Below, piece by piece: positions 1 to 10,847 of a DNA stretch of 64,000 nucleotides. How positions within the stretch are numbered: the first letter of the stretch is position 1; each line of letters starts with the position of its first letter. The notes beneath the pieces were generated by a model that was not told where the DNA came from, made no database searches, and saw only the letters and a program-made list of their open reading frames with translations. The stretch lies in the NCBI RefSeq assembly GCF_009914755.1, contig NC_060933.1; one strand, written 5' to 3'. Position numbers and translations under genes: made by a program. This DNA is from the human T2T-CHM13v2.0 reference genome, Homo sapiens.

Positions 1-679
1 CCCAGCAGCCCACCAGTGAGTTGAATACAGACTGCCCTCCCCATCCCAGGCTGCTTTCCTCCCCCTCTATCTGATCCACCCACTCATTCAGCTGTACCCA
101 TCTGAGGGCCCTCTGAAGGGTGGTGCCCAACCCATGTGCCTGAATGTAGCCAAAGCCCCGGGAACCAAGATCCTAGATGTCTAACGTTGCCTGACAGCCA
201 CAGAGAGCCACAACACTGAGCTCTCCGGCAGGAGCCCCATCTGTGATGACAAAGACAGTCTAATTTATTCACATTGTCCCGCCAGCGCCTCCCCAACCAC
301 ACAAGCGCTGGGATGCCGCCTCCAGGGAAGCCCAAACCAGTGCTCCAGTGGCTCGCTGTGGTGACAGTCAGAAAGACCTGGATACCAAGGGGACTCTCAA
401 TCAGCCTGGTTTACTTTTGTTCATGTAAAGTCATACATTTTAAATGTGATTTCATCAATCCCTTTCAGGCCTAAATGAGTAAACCAATAAATCACAATTC
501 ATCTCTCTCTCCTCATGTTTCAGTCTGTCTCTCTAACAACTACAATTAAGAAAGACTGTCTTGGAAATACTGACTTTGTAACTGATTTTGTGGCAAAAAA
601 TACAAATTCCTTTACAAAAGAAGCCCTGCTTTTTAAAGGGACGTCAAAGCACATTAAAGGGACATTTAAATTTGTATTT

Positions 680-830
680 ATTTATTTATTTATTTTTAAA
701 TTTACACAAAGCACAATTCGTTCCTTCTGGTGTGCAGTTCTAGGTTTTGACAAATGGATACAGTCATGTAATTACCACTATAGCCAAGATACAGAACAGT
801 TGTTCTGTGACCTCAAAAAATGTCATGTTG
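680..830 (-). mobile_element. Old L1M 3' UTR fragment
   Basis: T-rich tail followed by gtgcagttct...ttttgacaaatg..atacagtcatgtaa..accacta, typical of an L1MB/MC 3' end. Confidence 0.55.
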
Positions 831-856
831 CTCATGCCATAATAATCCGGTTCTAA

Positions 857-1162
857 TTTTTTTTTTTTTTTTTGAGGCAGAGTCTCATGTTATCCTCAGA
901 CTGGAATGAAGTGGCACAATCATAGCTCACTGTAGTCTTGAACTCCAGGGCTCAAGCAATCCTCCTGCCTCAGCCTCTTGAGTAGCTGGGACTACAGGCA
1001 TGCACTACCACGCCCAGATAATTAAAAAAAATTTTTTTTTTTGTAGAGATGGGTCTTGCTATGTTGCTCAGGCTGGTCTTAAACTCCTGGCCTCTAACAA
1101 TCCTCCCATCTTGGCCTTCCAAAGCTCTGGGAATACAGGCATGAGTCACTGTATTCCCAGCC
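857..1162 (-). mobile_element. AluJ
   Basis: Poly-T plus a dimeric antisense Alu with AluJ-type ctcctgggctcaagcaatcctcc-like sequence. Confidence 0.9.
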
Positions 1163-1722
1163 CTGTTTTTAATTTTAACATATTTTAACATATCTGATTT
1201 TAAATTTAAAATATTTTTATCCACAGTAGCTCTTTATAATCAATAATAATAACACTGTTATTATGCTATCAGCTAGCACAGCGCTCGCTGTGTGCTAAGC
1301 ACTCCTCTGCCTACAGGTATTAACTTGTTTATCTCTCCAGCAATCTCACCAGCTGCCAGATGGTGGCGCTGCCCTGGGTTACCGAGCATTAAAGGGTGTA
1401 GTGAGGAGGCTGTGAGCCCAGTGATGTGGCTCCAGATCCCAAGCTCTTCTGAACCACTGTGCTAACACCATCCTGCCTTTTCCCTAGAGGACCCTTCCAC
1501 GTACACCACCCTTTCATCCTCATGGCAGCCCTGTGAGGTAGCTGCTTCCATCCCCATTTCACAGATGAGAAAACCAAGACTCAGAAAGGTAAAGTGCCCA
1601 GAGGAACAGGGACTCAAACCCAGGCACCATGATTCCATTCACTCCCACACTGGTTTCTAAAGTGGAACATTTGTTATCTGTGTGGTCTCCGATCCAGAAT
1701 AAGAGATGAGTTGCTTAGGGAT

Positions 1723-2243
1723 TGTGTTGGGGGATCCCCAAGACAACTCTCTGGTTCAATGATTTCCTAGGAGGACTAGGAGGACTCACAGGACTCAGCA
1801 TTTAGTGGTACTCAGGCTGTGATTTAGTACAGTGAAAGGATTTTCCCATCTGGCAAAATCAGCCAAGGGAAAAAGTCAGGGTTGGGGAAGCAGGCCCAAG
1901 ATGCCAAGAGCCCTCCCCATGGAGTCACAAGCATGTGAAATGCTGTCTACCAGAGAAGCTCAAGAGGGACTTGGCGCCCAGGGTTTTTACTGGGAGCTGG
2001 CCACAGAGGCACTCTCTGCCTAACTGAATACCCAAATTCCACACTCCGAGAAGGAAAGCAGGGGTTCAGCATAAACCACATTGTTTGTACAGTTCAGGCA
2101 CAGTGAGCCACTCTCATCAATTCTGAGAAGAGTGGAACCCCCCTGAAATCTAAGTCCCCAGATACCAGCCCAAGGCCAACCTTGCCAGCAGGCCTTTCTG
2201 AGGATATGGTCGCAGGCCTGCCGTGTTAGCTGTTTTCTATACA
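1723..2243. mobile_element. MER21-family LTR (ERVL class)
   Basis: ccccaagac...ttcaatgatt...aggactcacaggactcagca...aaaatcagccaaggg...caggcctgccgtgttagc..ca resembles my recollection of the MER21 consensus. Confidence 0.6.
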
Positions 2244-4020
2244 ACAATGAAACACCCCAAACATCACCCCCAGGGAACAGCTCTTATGAAGATAACCCAT
2301 AACATGAGCAATGTGTCCTTGACACCAGCAGGACATTTCTAGTCCCTACTATCCCCAAGGGCTCATTCCAGCATGGCACTGGAGTGCTCAACGTCATGGC
2401 TGCCACCACAGGCAGGAAGGACAGCGTGGCAGGCAGGGGTGGAAGAGTCCAGGTTCAAATCCTTTCTCTGCCACGTCCCAGTCTTGGCCTCAGTGTCTTC
2501 TTCTTTAAAATGGGCACAGGAATCTATTCCCTTCCCAGCCCACTCCTCAAAGGCTGTTGTGAGGAACAATTGCAAGACCCCTTACAAACTGTAAAAGACC
2601 TCTGCAGAGGGACTTGAGGACTCAGGCAGGGTGTGCTGTCCTTAGGCATCTCCTCTAAAGCTCCCTGCATGCATGAGAGCCTCCTCTGGCCTTGGGTGAG
2701 AGGCACCAGGGACCATGACTACAGCCCTCACTCTGGGGAGCCAAGCACATACTCTTACTGTTGCCAGAGCCGCCACACTGCCAGAGGAACCAGGGCTTTC
2801 CTTTCTGCCTGCCTTTCACAAGAATGATGTGGCTTGCAGGAGGGAGGATGGCTTCTAGCTAGCCCAGTCTGTGAATGTGGAAGCTTCATCCCCCTATAGC
2901 TCTTCCTTGCTGATACTTGTTTCCTTCTGCTTGTGCCAGCAATAGCCCTAGAATTGCACAAATCCAACCATCCAAGGGCTAACCAGCAGGTAAGACAGTC
3001 ACCCAGATGCACATGGTCACAGGAGGCAGTACTGTGGGGTGAGCAAAAACAGTACCAGAGGGAGACTCAAATGCCCAGGGGTCTCGCTGCCAACCACTTG
3101 AGCTTGGGCAAGTTGCTAATCATTTCCTTTTTATCTGCAAATGAAGATGATGACCGCAGCCTCGCATCCTTGGGGTGAAGGGAGAAAATGGATGTGACTG
3201 TGTTATTAACTGTGTGGATCTGTACAAATGAAAGGGATCAATATTATTATTATAGTGTGTGGTGATTTGTCCCCCTACCTCGTCAATTATATCGATCATT
3301 GATGGCTGGAATGAAAAAATCTTCCCAAATCCCTCTGAGATTTCTTTAAAGTTAATGGTGCTAGGGAAAGAAAGGATATCAAGTCATTCCCCAGGACCCC
3401 ATCTGCTTGTATTAAAAAGCACATAACCAAAGATTTTAATAATCAACACACTGAACAGCCCTGATAATTTATGCTAATAGTCACGTTATGATGTGGAACA
3501 AGAAACAGCTTAATCCTGCTCCCTGCAGCCTCTGCCTCAGATCTCCTCCCTCAGCATGAAAGGGTTTTGAGCACAAACCCCCTTCTTTGTCCCTCTCACG
3601 AAGTGGCATGCGCTGCCTCTCCTGGTTACCTGGTAACACACACTAGCACAGACCTAGGTTTCTAAGTGGAGCTGGAATTTCAACCAAGGTGAATTTTCTA
3701 AGATTCAGGGTCTCAGGAGCTCACCGAAGCTGCCAGGGCTCAATGCCCTGGCGGGTGCTGGCCGGGACCCTGTTCCTATCTAATTTATCATTTGAAACAT
3801 GACATTAACTTGCTGTCCGTAGGACCCCAACCCTCTCCCAATGCTAACAAATAGGGTGCACACACTGAACTATCCAGCCTTTAAAGTAATGAGAGCAATA
3901 ATAATCATCATAATACTAAGGCCATACCACCTTACCAGTGAGAAGCTGAACCAATAATTCAGAATGTATCGAAGACCCACGTATGAATAATTCTTACTGT
4001 TGGAAATTGCTTTTGCATCC

Positions 4021-4338
4021 TTCTTCTTCCTTCTCCTCCTCCCCCTCCTCCTCCTCCTCCTCCTCCTCCTCCTTCTTCTTCTTCTTTTTAGACAGGGTCT
4101 CACTCTGTCTCCTAGGCGGAGTACAGTGGCATGATCATAGCTCACTGTAGCCTCGAACTCCTGGGCTCAAGAAATCCTCCTGCCTCAGCCTCCCAAGTAG
4201 CTGGGACTACAGGCACATGCCATCATGTCCAGCTAGTTTTTAGAATTTTTTGTAGAGATGGGATCTTGCTGCGTTGCCCAGGCTATCCTTGAACTCCTGG
4301 CCTCAAGCAATCCTTCCACCTCAGCCTCCCAAAGTGCA
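4021..4338 (-). mobile_element. 5'-truncated AluJ with (CTT/CCT)n tail
   Basis: Antisense Alu body 4090-4337 ends at caaagtgc. The tail has become a trinucleotide microsatellite. Confidence 0.9.
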
Positions 4339-4691
4339 GAATGAAGCTTCCCCCTTCGGCCTTGCACCCAAGGCTTGCAGTGGCCTACCCCAAACTACTC
4401 TGGGGTGTCATCTCCTTTCCCAACCATCCTACCAGGCCTCGGCCCTATGGGCCCACTTGCACACCCACCAAAGGGCTCCCACCTCTGAGCCTCAGTTCAT
4501 GCTGTGCCTCCCCCTTGCTAGCATTGGGATTCTCTCCCCATCCTTCAAGGCTTCTCTCAGGAGCTATAGCCCAGTGCTAAATAGAGGGACAAGTGACAAA
4601 CCTTGGGAAAAACAGGAAGGTGGACCCAGATTGAGAAACCCCCAAGATTCAAGGCTGGCGGGTGCACAGCACCTTACTGATCAGGTTGCTA

Positions 4692-5064
<373 letters not shown>

Positions 5065-5189
5065 TCACAGCTGGGACCAGCCAGGTGGCTCCAGGGAATT
5101 TCCTTCCATGTGCCTCAGCTTTCCCTTCTATCAAATGGGAAGGAGACCTCCCCAGGACACTTGTAAAAATCATGTAAAAAGATGGGTGC

Positions 5190-5485
5190 AGCCCAGGGAT
5201 GGTATCTCATGTCTGTAATTTCAGCACTTTGGGAGGCTGAGGTGGGAGGAGTGCTTGAGGCCAGGAGTTCAAGAACAGCCTGGGAAACACAGTAAGATCC
5301 TGTCTCTACAAAAAATTCTAAAAATCAGCTGGGCATGATGGTATGTGCCTATAGTCCCAGCTACTTGGGAGGCTGAGGCAGGAGGATTCCTTGAGCCCAG
5401 GATCACAGTGGGCTGTGATCAAGCCATTGTATTCCACCTGGGAGATACAGTGAGACCCTGTCTCAAAAAAAAAAAAAAAAAAAAA
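5190..5485 (+). mobile_element. AluJ
   Basis: Full dimeric Alu with A21 tail. Confidence 0.9.
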
Positions 5486-7384
5486 GGATGCAAAAGCAAT
5501 TTCCAACAGTAAGAATTATTCATATGTGAGTCTTCCATACATGTGTGCGGATCAAAGGATCACTCTCATTATGTGGCAGTTTGGGGCATTTCAGGGCATA
5601 GGAGGAAAGGGCAGAATTTAAGCCTGAAAACTGCTTCCCCAGGCTCCTCAGAGGCATGTATAAGGGCCCTTCACACACTGTGAACAACATAATAAATACT
5701 TCCCGAGGCCTCATTCCATGAAATCTAGGTGCTTGGGTACCCAAGGAGTCAGGAGGGGTGATTTTATCATGAATATTGAAGCAGAACAGCCCTGCTCTGA
5801 CTCACAGTCTGTTTTCCTTCAACCGGGATCCCCAGAGGCATTGTTAAAAAACGCTCCCGCTGTGTCTTGTGAATAAAAGATGGCTTTAGGGCAGCACAGA
5901 ATGAGCTGCTGCCTGGGCTAGGAAACATCCCCTGTCCAAACCTTCATGCTTTATCTGGACACAAGGGCAGAGGCCACACTAGCACTTCAGGACAGAGAGT
6001 GACAGGCAAACAGTGCCCGGTTCTGTGGTGGATGACACAAAGGCTGGTGCGGAAGAAGGGCTGAACCCCGGGGAGGCCTGACGCCTGTCAGTAATGAGAT
6101 CATGAAAACCAGTTCTGAGTTGCTTCCATGTGGCCCCACGAATATCTTTATTCCCTGGGTCTGTGCCTGGGGTGGGCCTCAGATCCCATAGATCAGAGTG
6201 AAGGGGCTGTCACATTTACTTGTCATTTGGTAATTTTCAGTGAATTAGGGGTATGGAGTTTCCATCTGCCATCTGGCCTCACTCTGGTAACCATGGTAAC
6301 CACCATCTGCCTGACTTAATACTATTAAGTCCTGTGCCAAAAGAGCACTGGACAGGGTGTTGGGACCAGGGAGCTGGTCATCCTTTACTGGTCACCCTGG
6401 ACAAGGGCTCTGACCTTGCTGTGTCTCAGTCTCTTTCTCTGTATAACAGCAGATTTGGTCTGAATGTCTTTAAGGTGCCTTTCTCTTAGGAAGAGAATGC
6501 CACTCTGGGGAGAAATTATCTGAGATCATCAGCAGCATTTATAGTCTGAGGACCTGGTCAGCATTTCTTCTGTCTCCTGCATGTGGAGTTAAAAGTGTTA
6601 CCTGTCTGGAGACAAAGAGAATTGCCTGTGAATTAACGGCTGAGGAAAGCAGTTATAAAAACGAGTGATAGGAACTAGCAAAAGGAAAGAGACAGGACTG
6701 TTTAAGTGCCACAGGGCGGAAACCAACTGTTCCGAGTGAAAGGGACCTCAACAATGACTCCACTGGGGCTGATATGGCCAGAGAGGGGAAGGGACCCGTC
6801 CAGGGCCACTCAGGGAGCCAGCGGCAGCACAGATGCACCCCCAGCCAGCTCTGTCCTCCATGGGGAGCTTCAGCTAGGAACAGCCAATGGTGACTTTCCT
6901 GTGCTCAACTGGCCACACACTGGTTTTACATTTCCCAGGACTGGAGGCTTCCTGCCCCATCTCCAACAACCCATTGCGTCTCCTGGACTTGGGTACATCT
7001 ACCTGAACTACTTGAGAGGAAAGACTACTAGATACTTCTTAAGGCTTGGAAAGGTCTCACCCCACCCCAGGCTTCTTTCTTGAAGCTAAGTCATTACACT
7101 GACTTAGGCACTAAAGTCTGGACTTGGTCTCTGGGCTCAGGCCAGAATTATTTCCCAGAAGCCTGAACTCCAGGCCGAAACCCAGGCTCCTTGGGACTCA
7201 CTGGCCACCTTCTCACTCACCCTAAACTCAGCACTGCCCACTCCAGGCAAAGTACACAGCGGCACTTCAAAACCTAGTGGGTGGAATACACTCATGCTTA
7301 GGAAGCCGGTAAAGCAGTGCTAACGTTTTGGTTTCTTTTTGTTTGGTTTTCAAAAGGTACATAAAGAGGGTGGGCAACTATAGC

Positions 7385-7546
7385 ACTCAGAGATTATTTT
7401 ACTGTGATGTTAATGAAGCTTAAGTTTCTAAGTCCCTAGCATTTCATAATAAGTTTCTAAGTCCCTAGCAGTTCTATTCCTTTACTTAAGGCAGGACTCT
7501 CCAAATTATATATGTTTTAGAAGCACGAAACCTGAGTCTGCCCCTA
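7385..7546. mobile_element. MER53-like hAT MITE remnant
   Basis: taatgaagcttaag...ccaaattatat...aaacctgagtctgcccct. A similar element is at ~39840-40035. Confidence 0.5.
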
Positions 7547-7717
7547 ATAGCACCACAATCTTTTCAGACCTTACGTCTCCAAAGGTCTTACTTCTCCTGG
7601 ATGGAGCTCCCTCAGCATCCCAGCTCAGCCCCTTCCCACACCGGGGGCCCTGGTGCTCTGGTGCTGTGGCCTGGTGACTACTGATTCCCCAGTCTGGAAC
7701 TCATCCTCCTCCTGCAT

Positions 7718-7786
7718 CCTCAACTTCCCTTCCTCCCCTATCCTCTACTTCCCTTCCTCCCCCAACCTCAACTTCCCTTCCTCCCC
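7718..7786. repeat. 3-copy minisatellite, 24-bp period
   Basis: cctc(a/t)acttcccttcctcccc at 7718, 7742 and 7766. Confidence 0.9.
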
Positions 7787-8144
7787 ATTCAAACAATCCA
7801 CCTAGCGCTGGATACCTGGGAACTCGGATCCCCCTCCTTAACTCCCAGTCTCCTGCTGGGCAAACATACCATGCCTACAAATAAGTGACTGCATCAGCAG
7901 GTACTTAAGTACCAAAAGGGGTAGCAGGCTCACCAAAAATTCGACTAGCACAGTGAGTGGCGTCTCCAAGGATTCTCGCCCCAGTCTCTCTGAGCACGAG
8001 GAGAGATATGAAATACTGCTCCCTAAGGGGAAACTGAGTGCCAGGCAGCGCCGTCCACCACTGGGCAGGGGGATCCTTCGCTCCACACCCCAGAGGGTTG
8101 GAATCCCTCCTTCTCTACCCACCCAATCCCCGACCCTGACTCAC

Positions 8145-8604
8145 CGAACTCGCAAGGGCCGTCGCGCGCCTTGTGCAGGTGACCGGGGTGCGCGCGGGGC
8201 GTGTGCCGAGCGCGCAGGCGCAGCGCGCAGACGCTGGGGTACGAGCGACCGTCGGAGCCGCAGACGGTGCCGCGCTGCGCGCACACGCAGAGCCCGGTGC
8301 CCTCGGGCGCTGCCCCAGCGGCCTGGCTCGCGCATACCAGGCCGGGGCCACAGCGCCCGCCGGCGCGGCCCCCGCAGCTCGCGCCCTCGGCTCCCAGGCA
8401 GCGGGCGCAGCAGCCGCACTCGTCGAGCGCCGAGATCCCGGGCGCCGGGCAGGGCGCAGGCGCCGGGCAGCCCTCTGGCCGGCACGGACCACACTTGGGG
8501 CGCCGGCCGCCCACGTCGCGGATCCCAAGGCTCGGGGACAGCGGCGGCAGCAGCGGCAGCAGCAGCAGAAGCAGCAGCGGCAAGAGCAGAGACAAGCGCG
8601 GCAT
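8145..8604 (-). CDS. IGFBPL1: IGFBPL1 coding exon 1 (signal peptide, IGFBP N-terminal domain, Kazal domain); remaining exons lie left of the window
   Basis: ATG at 8604 in gccATG context. Translation MPRLSLLLPLLLLLLLPLLPP...CGPCRPEGC...DECGCCARC...VCGSDGRSYPSVCAL...HKARDGPCEF contains the IGFBP GCCxxC and Kazal VCGSDG motifs. The exon ends at a G|GTGAGT donor (GT at 8144-8143) after 460 coding nt (phase 1). Confidence 0.97.
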
Positions 8605-8672
8605 GGCTTGCTCCGGGACAGCGGCGGCGCCTCTGCTTCGCGCTCCGCTCCGCGCCCGCCGAGCAGTCACCG

Positions 8673-8700
8673 CTCCCGCCCCGCGGCCGCTGATTGGCCG
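8673..8700 (-). promoter_or_regulatory. GC box (Sp/KLF) and NF-Y CCAAT box
   Basis: Minus strand reads CGGCCAATCAGC (ATTGG at 8693-8697), then GGGGCGGGAG (8673-8682), ~70-90 nt upstream of the ATG. A second CCAAT is at 8815-8819. Confidence 0.7.
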
Positions 8701-8969
8701 GGCCTGCACCGCGGGGCGCCCGCAGACCGCTGCTCCAGCCCGGGACCCGCGCGGTGCCCGCGGCCCGGGTCTCCGAGCTGGAGGGTCGCCCCGAGAGCAG
8801 CTCTCCGACCTCCGATTGGACTCTTGAGGGAACCGAGACCCAGTCGGGGCGACAACTTGCCCGAGGTCGCTATGGCAGAGTCAGGATTGGATAACCGTAC
8901 GGTCTCCGGATCCAAGGCTGGCTCCAGATAGTATGCCCGTAAATCCTCCCAGAAGGATGCGCTATTTTA

Positions 8970-9560
8970 TTTAATTTTATTTTGCATTCAGTAGTTTTCA
9001 AAGTTTTATTTTATAAAGAGAATATATGGTTTAAAATGTAGATTTTACATATACATCTAAGGATGAAAAGAGGGTTACCCTACCACCTTGTATCCCCATC
9101 CTCCAACTCGGCTTCCAGAGGCCACTCTTGCTATCGGGTTTTTGTATATCTTTTCAGAAATTTTCTCTATGCCTATAAAAGTACATGTGCCTAAAAAAGC
9201 CCCTTCCTTTAAAACACACACACTCTGTTTCTCTCTCACACACACAGAGTAGCGTGCCATACACATTAGTCTGCACTTGGTTTTTGCACTTACAGTGTTT
9301 CACAGTTTCCCCACCTCTTGTCATCTGTGAAACTGGGTTTCTTATACAATCAATGGGAGCATAGTTCATTGGCTCTGTGAGTGTGTTTCTTAATGCTGCA
9401 TAAAGTCATGGTACATCTCCGTCCACAGTGACTTTGTTGTGATGAGATATGGTGATATATTTTGGAGTTCATACAGAGTGGCCTTTCCACAGGGTTTAGT
9501 TGCAGTTATTTAACCACTTATTTTCCATCCTTTGGTTAATACGAATAATGCTTTGATGAA
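8970..9560 (-). mobile_element. Old L1M (L1ME-like) fragment
   Basis: ccagaggccactcttgctat..gtttttgtatatcttttcagaaattttct is typical of an old L1 3' region. Confidence 0.5.
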
Positions 9561-10631
9561 GTCTTGGTGCACAAGGGTCAGTGTACCTGTGGCTTACTGG
9601 GGAATGCATGTTGGAAAGATGCAGTTTCTTGTAGTCAGTTATTCATGCCGCCGTTGCGCCTTCTCTGGGCCAGGCTCTGTGCACACCATCCTGCCTGAGT
9701 TCTGGCAGGGCACCCAGACGAGAAACCTAAGAGAGTCTTGGCTGCTGGGATTTGATGTGTTGCTGGGTAAATGCACTGGATGGAGGGAGGGACTCGCTGA
9801 GCAGGTTTTATAGGAGACTTTTCCTGCCTTTACTGGCCACCCCTCATGTGTCTTGTGCTCTATTGTTTTTTCTTTGCTGAACTCCTGGAGATGGAGAAAG
9901 CCTCTTGCAGCCTGGGAAGACCAGCTACACCGTTCTTGGGTGGGGTTCATTTTGCTTTTCAAGCCCAGTTCCTTCCCAGTTTGCAGTCTTCTTATCCCCA
10001 GAAAGGAGCCTCTTCTGAGGCCACTTTATGTGGTGGTCAGAGGAGGGCCATCTGCCTGGTCCACGCCAGGCCTTACCTTACAATCAGCCACACAGAGCAG
10101 GGGCGGTTAGGCACCATGAAGGGGTGGTGGTAAGGAATAAATATAACAATGTTGGTAATGCACTCAGCGCAGCTCTCAGAACCTATCAACAGTGACTTTC
10201 AACCTGGAGGCTGCTGTCTTTACCAGGAGTGGCCTTTTAAAGTGCTCTCACCGCTTGACCCCTCTGTGCTCTTCCAGGAATCTCTCCTAAAAAAATGATC
10301 ACTATGTGTGAAGATTTCATCCTGGAGTTGGTTACTATAGCAAAAAATAAATAAATAAATAAAATAAAAATAAAAAAAGTTAACGACCTAAATGCCCACC
10401 GAGAGGCAATCGTTAAATAAATTATGGTACATCTAACAATAGAGGATTATGCAGGCATTAACAATTAGAAAGAAAATATGGGTTAATAGAAATGAAAACA
10501 TGTTTATAATACATTGTTTAGTAAAATAGCGGTTAAAAAGTGCACATCTAATGTAATGGCATATTTGTAAATATGTGAATGTGTAAACATGCAAAAATTT
10601 AAGATTGTTTTTAATGATGTGAAGGAAACCC

Positions 10632-10847
10632 TTTTTTTAAAAAAAAAAAAAAAAAGAGATGGTACCTCATTCTGCTGCCCAGGTTGGAGTGCAATGTCAT
10701 GATCATAGCTCACTGCAGCCTCAAACTCCTGAGCCTCAAGCCGTCCTCCCCCACTCAGCCTCCTGAGTATCTAGGACTATAGGTGAGCACCACCACGCCT
10801 GGCTAATTTAAACAATTTTTTTTTTTCAGAGATGGGGTCTCACTATG
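10632..10847 (-). mobile_element. 5'-truncated AluJ (right monomer and linker)
   Basis: Antisense Alu flanked by the TSD gaaggaaac(c/a)ctt. Confidence 0.85.

Larger units (their letters stand above)
8040..8910. promoter_or_regulatory. CpG island / IGFBPL1 promoter
   Basis: Very high GC and CpG density over exon 1 and ~300 bp upstream, against CpG-depleted flanks. Confidence 0.92.

Noticed and set aside
3870-4145. Poly-Arg protamine-like ORF
   Set aside because: Translation of an Alu end and its GAA/GAG microsatellite.
8023-8144. ORF continuation past ...GPCEF
   Set aside because: Read-through of a consensus GTGAGT donor into intron 1.
8605-8709. 35-codon in-frame N-terminal extension of IGFBPL1 from a GTG
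   Set aside because: It begins upstream of the CCAAT/GC boxes, so probably upstream of the TSS, and it would bury the signal peptide.
7953-8931. Long plus-strand ORFs (246, 252, 208 aa) and alternative minus-strand frames over IGFBPL1 exon 1
   Set aside because: Stop-codon scarcity in a GC-rich CpG island; low-complexity R/A/P/G translations with no domain.
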